Source: Parcubacteria group bacterium
GTDB lineage: Bacteria; Patescibacteriota; Minisyncoccia; Phycocordibacterales; UBA2135
Direction: 5' to 3'
Assembly: GCA_016176785.1 (NCBI GenBank)
Contig: JACOWN010000006.1
Location: forward strand, 1 to 56,719
DNA length: 56,719 bases
In this document: positions 18,723-27,586 of the stretch, in pieces
Position numbering within the stretch: the first letter of the stretch is position 1
Layout of the letters: every line of letters starts with the position of its first letter
Notes under the pieces: generated by a model
Database searches by the model: none
Seen by the model: only the letters and a program-made list of their open reading frames with translations
Told to the model about the DNA's origin: nothing
Position numbers and translations under genes: made by a program

Positions 18723-19373
18723 CTACACGCCGAGAGGCATGCCGGTGAAAAGTTCAAAGACGAAGAGCAGAAAACGGAAAAAGAACGGCCAGATGAGATA
18801 TAAAAAGACGAAGATAAAAACAAACGTCGCAAGAATGCCGTAGCGGAAAACCCGCTCTTGAAACGCGCGGTAGCGCGCCTCAAGATGGAACGGCAATATC
18901 GCGGCGAGTATTTTGGAGCCGTCGAGCGGAGGAACCGGAATGAGATTGAAAAACGCAAGCAAAAGATTGATATACACGATCGCGGAGACGATTTGCACGG
19001 CCACGTCGCCGGCGGGCATAACGGCGCCGATGCGCAGGAGCAACGCAAAGATGAGCGCGAGCGCGATATTCACCCCCGGCCCCGCTGCGGCGACTAACGC
19101 CTCCCCCCACCGTTGGTCGCTTAAGTTGTGCGGGTTGTACGGTACCGGCTTTGCCCATCCGATGATGAATTTCGCCGGTGAAAGGGCGAGAAGAAGCGGG
19201 ATGATGAAAGAACCCCAGAGGTCAAGGTGCTTCAGGGGGTTTAAGGTCAGGCGTCCGGCAAGACGCGCTGTGGGGTCCCCCAACATGTCCGCGATATACC
19301 CGTGAGCGACCTCATGGGCAACGACCGATACGATAAGAATGGCGATGAGGGGGGCGAGAAGTTCTATTGTCAT
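18723..19373 (-). CDS. Site-2 protease family (peptidase M50) membrane metalloprotease
   Basis: HEVAHGYIA (HExxH) plus FNLIPVPPLDGSKIL, with multiple TM segments. Confidence 0.85.
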   Translation of the reverse strand: MTIELLAPLIAILIVSVVAHEVAHGYIADMLGDPTARLAGRLTLNPLKHLDLWGSFIIPLLLALSPAKFIIGWAKPVPYNPHNLSDQRWGEALVAAAGPGVNIALALIFALLLRIGAVMPAGDVAVQIVSAIVYINLLLAFFNLIPVPPLDGSKILAAILPFHLEARYRAFQERVFRYGILATFVFIFVFLYLIWPFFFRFLLFVFELFTGMPLGV

Positions 19374-19417
19374 ACCTATAACAGTATGCTAGCATACGAT
19401 GCATTGAAGAAAAAAGT

Positions 19418-19621
19418 ATGGCTAAATCTTGCCCCATCTGTGAAAAAGGAACGCGCATCGGCGGCGGATACTCAAACCGTACGCGCGCAACGCAATTCAA
19501 CCCCACCGGCAAGCGCCGCAGGCGCCCTAATTTGCAGTGGGCAAAACTCCCTTCCGGAAAACGCGTTCAAATCTGCACGCGATGCCTTAAGGCGAACAAA
19601 CACCTGACCGCGAAAATGTAA
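19418..19621 (+). CDS. rpmB: 50S ribosomal protein L28
   Basis: MAKSCPICEKGTRIGGGYSNRTRATQFNPTGKRRRRPNLQ...RVQICTRCLKA. Confidence 0.85.
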   Translation: MAKSCPICEKGTRIGGGYSNRTRATQFNPTGKRRRRPNLQWAKLPSGKRVQICTRCLKANKHLTAKM

Positions 19622-19643
19622 GTTGAATGACCGAGACGCGCGA

Positions 19644-19679
19644 AAAGCCGGGCCTCTACAGGCACGGCTTTTCCTTTTC
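19644..19679 (+). terminator. Rho-independent terminator after rpmB
   Basis: AAAGCCGgGCCtctacaGGCaCGGCTTTTccttttcc. Confidence 0.55.
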
Positions 19680-19704
19680 CACCGCCCCGCACACAACCAA
19701 TAAC

Positions 19705-20295
19705 CTAGAGTTGCGTTTCCGTAAGCGCTTTGTTTATCTCGCGAATTGCGAAAGGTTTTACTTTGTTTATTTGCTGCAATAACCCCCCTTCGGTTATGTT
19801 GCTTCCAAGGAACGGCGTAAAGCGTTCATCATCGCCCCAGTACCCGAGATGCGCCAAAATGCGCATAACAAGAATGACCTCTATGTTAAAGATATATTCG
19901 CGCCCCAAGGGCGCGGTTTTTAAAAAAGAAAATGCTTGTGCTATCTCGTCGTAAAGTTTCTCGTTTTTCTCCTCGCCCGAAAGCAGCCGGCGAAGCAGTT
20001 TGGCGACGCGAGTAGCGACGCGGAGCCGAAGAGCGGCATTTTCGTCCTGCGGCACGAAAGCGGTCAGATGCTCCGCGCTGGTAATGCGCCACCCCTGTTT
20101 CCCGCGGACCAAATGCGTTTCTGCGCGCGAAAAATCCTGCAGCGCGTAACGCAATTTTGATCTGAGCTCCCGCAGCCCTTGCGCGTGCGCATGCACCAAA
20201 CCGAATGCGCGCGTAAAAAGCGCGAGGCCGCGGCTCGCTTCCCCGCGGTCATAGCCGCCCAACACGATCGCTTCGGTGTGATGAATGATGTGCAC
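19705..20295 (-). CDS. recO: DNA repair protein RecO (short form, GTG start)
   Basis: HTEAIVLGGYDRGEASRGLALFTRAFGLVHAHAQGLRELRSKLRYALQDFS... Confidence 0.8.
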   Translation of the reverse strand: MHIIHHTEAIVLGGYDRGEASRGLALFTRAFGLVHAHAQGLRELRSKLRYALQDFSRAETHLVRGKQGWRITSAEHLTAFVPQDENAALRLRVATRVAKLLRRLLSGEEKNEKLYDEIAQAFSFLKTAPLGREYIFNIEVILVMRILAHLGYWGDDERFTPFLGSNITEGGLLQQINKVKPFAIREINKALTETQL

Positions 20296-20307
20296 GAGAG
20301 GGCAGGT

Positions 20308-23300
20308 TTACGGTTTGAGGTTTACGGTAAATACGAAGTCGCCGATCGCCACTTCGTCTCCGGCAACCTCGTCTCTGAATTCAATTGCGCTTACCGTGGC
20401 TGTGTCCTTAATCTTGTTTTCAAATTTTTCAATAAAATGCCGCTCGGGAACGCCCGCTTTCACAAAAAGCACCGCGGGTTCGCTCGGAATAAGCCCTTCT
20501 TTTTTGCGCAGGTCTTGTACGGCGCGAATGACGTCCCGAAGCATCCCTTCTTCTTTGAGTTCCGGAGTGATCTCGGTGTCAAGGTCAATCTCTTGCTCGC
20601 CCGCGCCGTCCGAAAACACGATCTCTTTAACGTTCACCTCATCCCGAATAAGCCCGAGCAGGTCTTCGTTCCCCTTGATTTTGGATCTTTGGTTTTTGAT
20701 CCGTAACGTCCCCAACGGCTGGCGCACCTTGATCCCCGCGCGCGCCCGCGCCTCGAGCGCGAGCGATACGATGCGCCTCACTTCTTCCATGTCTTCCAAA
20801 ATCTTTATGTCTCGGTGCGTTCCGAAGATCCGATGGAGGAGCGCCAGGGGGTTGGGCCACAACGGGAAACGCGATTCGTACTTCGGCCACGACTCCAGAT
20901 GAACGCTCTCCATTTCGCCGAGAGCGGCATGATACACCTCGTCCGCGACGAACGGCGCGAACGGAGCAATGACCTTCGCGAGCGTTGTGAGCACAAACCG
21001 CGTCGTTTCGGCGGCGCTCGCCCGGTCAGCGGGGTCGGCCGATTTGAACCGTTCGCGCGAACGCCTGAGGTACCACGTTGAGAGGTCCTCAATGAACGCG
21101 GCGATCGGCCTCGTCGCTTGGTCAAGTTCGTATCGCTCCATGGCGTCAGTCACTTTATTGACGACTTCCGTCAATCGCACGCGGACCCACAGATCAAGGA
21201 TGTTGTTGCTTTTCGGCGCGTCAGCCGCACGGTCGTTCCCGCTCGCGGCCGGCGCGTACAGTTTGTAGAATGCCGCGACATTTTGAAGGCGGGAAATGAT
21301 TTTACTCCGCATCTCGCCGATATTTTTTTCGGAGAAACGCAGATCCTCCGCGCGGACCGCGGGCGACGACAAGAGATACATGCGCAACGCGTCTGCGCCG
21401 TGCGCTTGGATAACGGCAACGGGGTCGGGATAATTCTTCAGGCGTTTTGACATTTTGCGTCCGTCTTCCGCAAGCACCAAACCGTTCACGATGACGTTCC
21501 GATACGGACTCTCCCCGAAGAGCGCGACCGCAAGCACAAGCAAAGAATAAAACCACCCTCGCGTCTGGTCCAAACCTTCGGCGATAAAATCAGCGGGGAA
21601 ACCACGCCCCTTGGGGGGATTAAACACATCGGTGTTTTCAAACGGATAATGATGCTCCCCGTACGGCATTGAACCGGACTCAAACCAGCAGTCAAACACT
21701 TCGGGAACGCGTTTCATTTTGCCGCCGCACGGGCACTTGAATTTCACGTCATCAATATACGGGCGGTGAAAATTGAGTTTGAACGAGTCGTCGTGCGGAA
21801 GGGGCGTAAAATCAATTTTTTTCACCTCGCCGGTTCTCATGAAATGTTCGCGCCCGCCGCGTAAAGACATTGCCTGCTGCCATGAATACCCGCCCGCCCC
21901 CGCGGCAAGCATCCACAAGGGGTCTTCGTGCGAAATAATAAGGATGTTTTTGCCGTTGTATGCTTGGTCCGTTTCAAAGAGGAACTTTGCCATGCGGCGT
22001 CTCACATCATCAAGCGATTCTCCGTCTGCGAGCCGTTTCGTGAATCGCTCCTCCGGCGTCCGGAACTGCGCTTTCCATTCCCGGACGTCCCCGCCCTCAA
22101 ACATGCCGAAGTTGATCTCGCGGATTTCGTCGATTGTTTTTATGCGGTCGCGTTTGACGCCGAGCGCATGCGCGATGATCCGCCCCGTTTCTTCGGCGCG
22201 CGGCAGGGGTGACACGAAAATGAGGTCAATGGATTGCCGTTTCAAGAACTTGACCGCGCGCTCAACGTCTTTGGCGCCTTTTTCGGTCAAACCGTTGCCG
22301 CGGCGCGGGACGGCATTCAAAATATTTTTAACATTGCTCTCCGCTTCGCCGTGCCGCATGACAAAGTAGGCGTTGCCTGAACGGACGCTTTGCGCGCGCA
22401 CATCCTTGAGCGAACCGGCGACTTCAATGTGCCCGCAGTTGCCGCACTTCCAGACGGGAATGGGAGCGCCCCAGAAGCGCGAACGCGAGATCGCCCAGTC
22501 GCGCGCTCCCTCAAGCCATTTTCCGAAACGGCCGTCCCGAATGTCCGCCGGCACCCAGCGAATTTTTTTATTCGCCGCGATGAGTTTGTCTTTAAACGCG
22601 CTGACGGCGACGAACCACGATGTTGCCGCATAGTTTATGAGCGGCGTTTCGCAACGCCAGCAGAACGGGTATGCGTGCGTGATTTTTTCTTTCGCGAACA
22701 GGAGACCGCGGTGCGCAAGATTTTTTATTATCTCAATGTCGGTCGCTTGCGGGTTGTCTTTCGGTTTGACCGCCAATCCTTTAAAATCGGCGACTTCCTT
22801 TTTGAACGCTCCGTCGGTGCCGACATGGTGAACGATCGGGACCGCATGCCGCTCCGCCAACGCAAGGTCGTCCTCGCCGAATGCCGGCGCGATGTGGACA
22901 ACGCCGGTGCCCTCATCAAGAGTTACGAAATCGGCGGCATACACCTTCCATGCGTTGTGTTTATTTTTAAGCGGCGCATTTTTATAATACCCAAACGGCG
23001 GCTCATACGAGCGTCCGACAAGCGCATCGCCCCTGAACTCCTCAACGAGTTCGTATGCTTTGTCCTTAAACACCGCCGCCGCACGCTCTTTTGCAACAAT
23101 CACATACTCATTCGTTCCCGACTCTTGATTTTTTATCTCGAATTTTCCATATATGACCCCGCCGTTGACGGCAACCGCCATATTCCCCGGAAGCGTCCAC
23201 GCCGTCGTCGTCCACGCGAGCAAAGACACCCCCTCCTCGCCGCCAAGCGGCAATTTTACGGTAACCGCAACGTCGGTCGCGTCTTTATACCCCTGACTTA

Positions 23301-23883
23301 CTTCAAAGTTTGAGAGCGTCGTCTCGCACCGCGGGCACAAATGCATTGATTTGAACCCTTCGTAAATGAGTCCTTTGTCGTGAAGCGTTTTAAACACCCA
23401 CCACACCGATTCGGTGTAAGTCCAGTCCATCGTCCGATAATCGCGCTCCATATCAACCCATCTGCCGGTCTGCGGAATAATGCGCCGCCAGTCGTCGGCA
23501 TACCGAAGAACACTTTCTTCTGCGCGCGCATTGAATTTTCCTATGCCGTATTTTTCAATGTCCCGTTTTGCCGCGAGGTTGAGTTCTTTTTCAACCTCAT
23601 TTTCAAGCGGAAGACCGTGGCAATCCCATCCCCAGCGCCGCCGTACATGAAAACCGCGCATCGTCCGATAACGAGGAATGGCGTCTTTGATGATCCCGGC
23701 GAGAATGTGGCCGTAGTGAGGCAAGCCCGTGGCAAAGGGCGGGCCGTCATAAAAGACGAATTCGCCGGCCGGCGACTTTTTTTCAAGAGTTTTTTCAAAA
23801 ATGCGGTTTTTCCGCCACAAAGAGAGGATTTTTTCCTCGCTCCGAGAAGGTTCGTTGTCGTCGGGAGAGGGCATACGTATCAT
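20308..23883 (-). CDS. ileS: Isoleucyl-tRNA synthetase carrying a nested histidine-phosphatase domain
   Basis: 1191 aa with PHYGH, KMSKRL, C183xxC186/C408xxC411 and C480xxC483...C718xC720. Residues ~505-665 read FVMRHGEAESN...SPLPRAEETG...GESLDDV...IISHEDPL. Confidence 0.95.
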   Translation of the reverse strand: MIRMPSPDDNEPSRSEEKILSLWRKNRIFEKTLEKKSPAGEFVFYDGPPFATGLPHYGHILAGIIKDAIPRYRTMRGFHVRRRWGWDCHGLPLENEVEKELNLAAKRDIEKYGIGKFNARAEESVLRYADDWRRIIPQTGRWVDMERDYRTMDWTYTESVWWVFKTLHDKGLIYEGFKSMHLCPRCETTLSNFEVSQGYKDATDVAVTVKLPLGGEEGVSLLAWTTTAWTLPGNMAVAVNGGVIYGKFEIKNQESGTNEYVIVAKERAAAVFKDKAYELVEEFRGDALVGRSYEPPFGYYKNAPLKNKHNAWKVYAADFVTLDEGTGVVHIAPAFGEDDLALAERHAVPIVHHVGTDGAFKKEVADFKGLAVKPKDNPQATDIEIIKNLAHRGLLFAKEKITHAYPFCWRCETPLINYAATSWFVAVSAFKDKLIAANKKIRWVPADIRDGRFGKWLEGARDWAISRSRFWGAPIPVWKCGNCGHIEVAGSLKDVRAQSVRSGNAYFVMRHGEAESNVKNILNAVPRRGNGLTEKGAKDVERAVKFLKRQSIDLIFVSPLPRAEETGRIIAHALGVKRDRIKTIDEIREINFGMFEGGDVREWKAQFRTPEERFTKRLADGESLDDVRRRMAKFLFETDQAYNGKNILIISHEDPLWMLAAGAGGYSWQQAMSLRGGREHFMRTGEVKKIDFTPLPHDDSFKLNFHRPYIDDVKFKCPCGGKMKRVPEVFDCWFESGSMPYGEHHYPFENTDVFNPPKGRGFPADFIAEGLDQTRGWFYSLLVLAVALFGESPYRNVIVNGLVLAEDGRKMSKRLKNYPDPVAVIQAHGADALRMYLLSSPAVRAEDLRFSEKNIGEMRSKIISRLQNVAAFYKLYAPAASGNDRAADAPKSNNILDLWVRVRLTEVVNKVTDAMERYELDQATRPIAAFIEDLSTWYLRRSRERFKSADPADRASAAETTRFVLTTLAKVIAPFAPFVADEVYHAALGEMESVHLESWPKYESRFPLWPNPLALLHRIFGTHRDIKILEDMEEVRRIVSLALEARARAGIKVRQPLGTLRIKNQRSKIKGNEDLLGLIRDEVNVKEIVFSDGAGEQEIDLDTEITPELKEEGMLRDVIRAVQDLRKKEGLIPSEPAVLFVKAGVPERHFIEKFENKIKDTATVSAIEFRDEVAGDEVAIGDFVFTVNLKP

Positions 23884-23909
23884 AGTAACAAGTTTTCCGC
23901 CCGTTATGC

Positions 23910-23929
23910 AAAAGGCCCGCGAGGGGCCT
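23910..23929 (-). terminator. Weak terminator-like hairpin between the small ORF and ileS
   Basis: The minus strand reads AAGGCCCctcgcGGGCCTTTTgc. Confidence 0.4.
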
Positions 23930-23976
23930 TTATTGTACCGAGGGCTTCACACAAAAACGCGCGTGAACCGCCGTCA

Positions 23977-24225
23977 TTACCACTCTCCTGTTCGGAGACC
24001 CAATGCAAACGGGCGGAGGATAAAGCCGGCAAGGTTTTGGTTTTTACAAACGCGCGAGAGCGCTATCTCAAGGTCATGAACGGTGTATATCGTTTCCGGA
24101 CCGCTCGTTCGTTCGTCTTCGTACACCGCATACAGAAACAAAGGATACCCAACCGCATCGGCGCGCGCTCGCGCTTCGGGAACCGAGCGCGCGATCGCAG
24201 CCGCGTCTTTTTTCGCGCGCTCCAT
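23977..24225 (-). CDS. Hypothetical small protein (82 aa)
   Basis: MERAKKDAAAIARSVPEARARADAVGYPLFLYAVYEDERTSGPETIYTVHDLEIAL..., on the same strand between argS and ileS. Confidence 0.5.
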   Translation of the reverse strand: MERAKKDAAAIARSVPEARARADAVGYPLFLYAVYEDERTSGPETIYTVHDLEIALSRVCKNQNLAGFILRPFALGLRTGEW

Positions 24226-24296
24226 GGAGAACCTCCGCGAATGCTTCTTGTATAATTATGGAGCCGCCCCGCATTTTTGTAAACGGAAAAGGTGCG

Positions 24297-25982
24297 CTAC
24301 ATCTTCTCCGGCGCGGCGATGCCTAAGAGATACAGGCCGTTTTTTATGGTTACGGCGACGGCATCCGTGAGCGCAATGCGGTAAGGGGCTTTATCGCCCG
24401 CGTCCACGATGCGTTCCTGCGCATAGAATGAATTAAACGCGCCGGCAAGTTCCGTTACGTATGTCGTGATGTAATGCGGCTCGTATTCCTTCGCCGCCCG
24501 TTCAACAACTTCGGGGAAACGGCACAATAATTTCTCAACGATCCCGACGTCCCGCCGAAAAGAAACATCGGCTTCCATCCCGAGTCCGCGGGCTTTTTCA
24601 AGAACGGACCTCGCGCGCGCGTGCGTGTATTGGAGATACGGCCCCGAGTCGCCCTCAAACGAGAGTGACTTGTCAAAATCAAAAATGATGTCGCGGCCGG
24701 TTCTCTGTTTCAAGATGGAATACTTCACCGCGCCGACGGCAACCGGGTCTTTGAGCTCGTCCGCATTCGCAATGCGCGCCTCTTGAAGCTTCGGCGCAAG
24801 ACGCTCCGCGACCGCATCCAAAACCGACTCCGCGGAGATCACCTCGCCCGTGCGCGACGACATCTTGCCCGAGGGCAAGCGCAGCATGCCGTTCGTTACA
24901 AAGAGCATCTTGGATCCAAGCTCGGGCAACGAAAGCTCCGCCGCCCTTTTCACCACGCGAGCGTATTCTTTGATCTCATTGCCGACGACGGCGATCGAAA
25001 CATCAAACGGGAACTCGCCCGCTTTTTTCTTCAGTAACCCGAGTTCTTTTGCTTCGTATGTCGGAAGCCCGTCAGAATTGATAAAGACGCGCGTGTGAAG
25101 ACCGTGCTCTTCGCCGCGGAATACTATCGCGCCGTCACTCTCCGCAAACACTTCCGGATGCGACTCCACGATCCCCTTTCCGACAGGCCCCGTCTCACTC
25201 TCAAAAAAGTAATGATCAAACTTCGTGCCGAGCCGTTCGTATAACTCCTCAAAAAGTTCGAGCGAACGAGCGCGGCCGCGTTGGTACACTTCGTTCACTC
25301 CGGCATCGCTCCCGTCGTAGATTTTCCTGTTCACTTCTTCAATCGCCGCCTTGTTCGCGTCATTTTCTTCATACGCGCGCGTGCCGGCGGCGTAATCAAC
25401 ACCGAGCGCAAGTCCGTCCAAGTCCTTCTCGGAGGTGATGTCTTTTTCCGCGTTCAAAAAGTGCCATATCGCCTTTGCGACATGGAGCCCCACGTCTCCT
25501 TGGTAGTTCGCGCGTTCCATGCGGGCGCCGGAAAATGCAATGATGCGCGAAAGCGACTCGCCGATGGCGTTCGGCACCAAGTGTCCGATGTGCATTTCTT
25601 TGAAAGGATTGGGGTCGGTATATTCCACCATTATTTTTTTGCCGGCGAGAAGGTCATTTTTCCCGAAATCGTCCCTTTTTTTTAAAACTTCCGCGACTTG
25701 CCCCGCAAAAAACTTTTGCGAGAGGCGGAAATTGATGAACCCCGGCCCCGCCACCTCAATTTTCTCTATATCCTCGTCTTTTTTCTTGTTCAGTTCCGCG
25801 ACGATTTCCTCCGCCAGTTCTTTCGGGTCGCGCCCCGTTCTCTTCCCCCCCGCCATCGCCGCATTCGTTGAGAAATCGCCGAGTGAAAAATCCGCAGGGT
25901 GTTCCAAACGAACATCCCCCGCGTCAACGGCAAGTTGTTCTAACGTTTCTCTGACGAGATTTTTGAGTTTTTCCCGGATCAT
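24297..25982 (-). CDS. argS: Arginyl-tRNA synthetase
   Basis: 561 aa. ...VEYTDPNPFKEMHIGHLVPNAIGESL...LPSGKMSSRTGEVI... Confidence 0.96.
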   Translation of the reverse strand: MIREKLKNLVRETLEQLAVDAGDVRLEHPADFSLGDFSTNAAMAGGKRTGRDPKELAEEIVAELNKKKDEDIEKIEVAGPGFINFRLSQKFFAGQVAEVLKKRDDFGKNDLLAGKKIMVEYTDPNPFKEMHIGHLVPNAIGESLSRIIAFSGARMERANYQGDVGLHVAKAIWHFLNAEKDITSEKDLDGLALGVDYAAGTRAYEENDANKAAIEEVNRKIYDGSDAGVNEVYQRGRARSLELFEELYERLGTKFDHYFFESETGPVGKGIVESHPEVFAESDGAIVFRGEEHGLHTRVFINSDGLPTYEAKELGLLKKKAGEFPFDVSIAVVGNEIKEYARVVKRAAELSLPELGSKMLFVTNGMLRLPSGKMSSRTGEVISAESVLDAVAERLAPKLQEARIANADELKDPVAVGAVKYSILKQRTGRDIIFDFDKSLSFEGDSGPYLQYTHARARSVLEKARGLGMEADVSFRRDVGIVEKLLCRFPEVVERAAKEYEPHYITTYVTELAGAFNSFYAQERIVDAGDKAPYRIALTDAVAVTIKNGLYLLGIAAPEKM

Positions 25983-26006
25983 ATCCGTAGCGCATCTTTA
26001 GTATAA

Positions 26007-26035
26007 CAAAAAACCCCGCGCGGCGAGACGCGGGG
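26007..26035 (-). terminator. Intrinsic terminator-type hairpin 25 nt upstream of the argS start (leader attenuator or dut terminator)
   Basis: The minus strand reads CCCCGCGtctcgccgCGCGGGGTTTTTTg. Confidence 0.65.
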
Positions 26036-26199
26036 ATGAAAGTGGACAAGATCAGACCCCCCTCTTAACAAGTTGCCTTGGCAGCAGCCGGCGGCGTACC
26101 GCAAAGAAGCGGTCTGTCAAAAACAAACGGGCGAACGATTGCGAACGATTCTTCTGTTTCATTCCGTTCCGACTTTGCTTACTCCCCTGCTTACTCCGA

Positions 26200-26241
26200 C
26201 TTTGTTTAATTTTCATCCCATGGGATGAAAATTAAACAAAG
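26200..26241. repeat. Perfect 42-bp palindrome, copy 2 of the family
   Basis: ctttgtttaattttcatccca|tgggatgaaaattaaacaaag. It shares TTGTTTAAT..TCCCATGGGA..ATTAAACAA with 14752-14791, and the differences are mirrored on both arms. Confidence 0.9.
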
Positions 26242-26358
26242 AAAACAAAGAATCTCTCACGGCGGGGATTTTCAAATCTCCGTATCCCGTTACGGTAATC
26301 TGTGATCTGCTTACTGTAACTGTTCGTCGTAACTTGTATTCTGTGCACGGTAACCCAT

Positions 26359-26784
26359 TCATTTACCGGTAGAACCGAAACCTCCGTCTCCCCTCGCGCT
26401 GTCGCTCAATTCCGCCGCTTCAACAACTTCCGGCGATTCTACTTTCTGAATAAGCATCTGCGCCACTTTGTGGCCCTTCTCTATCGTGTAGGTTTCATTT
26501 GAAATGTTCGCGACGCCGACCACGACCTCGCCCCGATACCCGGCGTCAACCACGCCGCCCAATGTCTTGAGCCCGTGCTTCTGCGAAAGCCCGCTCTTGT
26601 CCCACACAAGCCCGACATACCCCTTCGGTATCTCCATCGCAATTCCCGTCTTAACCTGCGCGCGCTCGTGTGATCTCAAAACAACTTTTTCCGCCGCGAA
26701 CAAGTCCATACCCGCGTCGCCCTCATGCGCGTAGTTTGGAGTAACGGCATCGTTTTTCAGTTTCTTTATTCGTATCGTCGTCAT
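26359..26784 (-). CDS. dut: dUTP diphosphatase
   Basis: Start set at MTTIRIKKL. AHEGDAGMDLFA...GGVVDAGYRGEV...RGDGGFGSTGK. Confidence 0.93.
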   Translation of the reverse strand: MTTIRIKKLKNDAVTPNYAHEGDAGMDLFAAEKVVLRSHERAQVKTGIAMEIPKGYVGLVWDKSGLSQKHGLKTLGGVVDAGYRGEVVVGVANISNETYTIEKGHKVAQMLIQKVESPEVVEAAELSDSARGDGGFGSTGK

Positions 26785-26824
26785 ACGCGCTGATGCCTTA
26801 ATAATAACATTCCCGCCCAAAGTA

Positions 26825-26849
26825 TAAAAAATCCCGCCAACGGCGGGAT
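26825..26849 (-). terminator. Rho-independent terminator after tmk
   Basis: The minus strand reads ATCCCGCCgttGGCGGGATTTTTTat. The same hairpin sequence recurs at 52177-52195. Confidence 0.7.
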
Positions 26850-26864
26850 GTTGTAATGCGGCAT

Positions 26865-27503
26865 CTACGAAGCAAGCGTCTTTCGAACCGCCGCCAAAAT
26901 ATCGGCGGCGACAGTTTCTGCGTCTCGGTTCGTGTCAATGACCGCATACCGTCCCATCTCTCCAATGTGCCGCAAAAACCCCTCACGGACCCGCCGGTGA
27001 AAATCAAGCGCCTCGGCTTCAAACCGATTGCGTTCCGCGGGCTTTTTCCGAGCCAACCCGATCTCCGGCGGCACGTCAAGCAAGATATACATGTCGGGAA
27101 AATATGTATTCGTCCCATCGCTTAACGCGAACTGCGTCGCCTTCAAAAAGAAATTCAAAACGCGCTCCGGTTGTCTGCGGCCATAGAGTTGATACGCGAT
27201 CGTGGAAAGAAATCCGCGGTTGGAGAGGGCGTGGGCACCGCGCAAAAGCGCGGGGATGATCACCTCCCTCATGAGCTGCGCGCGACCCGCGGAAAAAAGA
27301 AAAAGTTCCGTTTCCGGACGCAAGTTGAACTCGGGATGATGCAGAAGAATATCTCGGAACACCTCTCCGGCTGGCGTACCGCCTGGTTCGCGCGTAAAAA
27401 CCACATGTGCCATATCCGGCCGCGCTCGTAAGCGCGCGATGTGGTGGTCTTTTCCGCTTCCTTCACCGCCGTCCATGACAATGTACTTTCCGCGTTTTAC
27501 CAT
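26865..27503 (-). CDS. tmk: Thymidylate kinase
   Basis: KYIVMDGGEGSGKDHHI...FTREPGGTPAGEVFRDILL... Confidence 0.92.
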   Translation of the reverse strand: MVKRGKYIVMDGGEGSGKDHHIARLRARPDMAHVVFTREPGGTPAGEVFRDILLHHPEFNLRPETELFLFSAGRAQLMREVIIPALLRGAHALSNRGFLSTIAYQLYGRRQPERVLNFFLKATQFALSDGTNTYFPDMYILLDVPPEIGLARKKPAERNRFEAEALDFHRRVREGFLRHIGEMGRYAVIDTNRDAETVAADILAAVRKTLAS

Positions 27504-27586
27504 TCTCGCACCCGTTTCAAGGACTTACTTCTGTAGGGGAGCGTAGCATACCCGCATAAAAAAATCCCGCCGCCGAAGGGGCGAGG

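Noticed and set aside
26040-26100. T-box riboswitch idea for the argS leader, based on GGTACGCCGCC resembling the T-box GGTACCGCG.
   Set aside because: The match is partial, it lies ~55 nt from the terminator rather than overlapping it, and I could not identify a specifier loop or stem I features.
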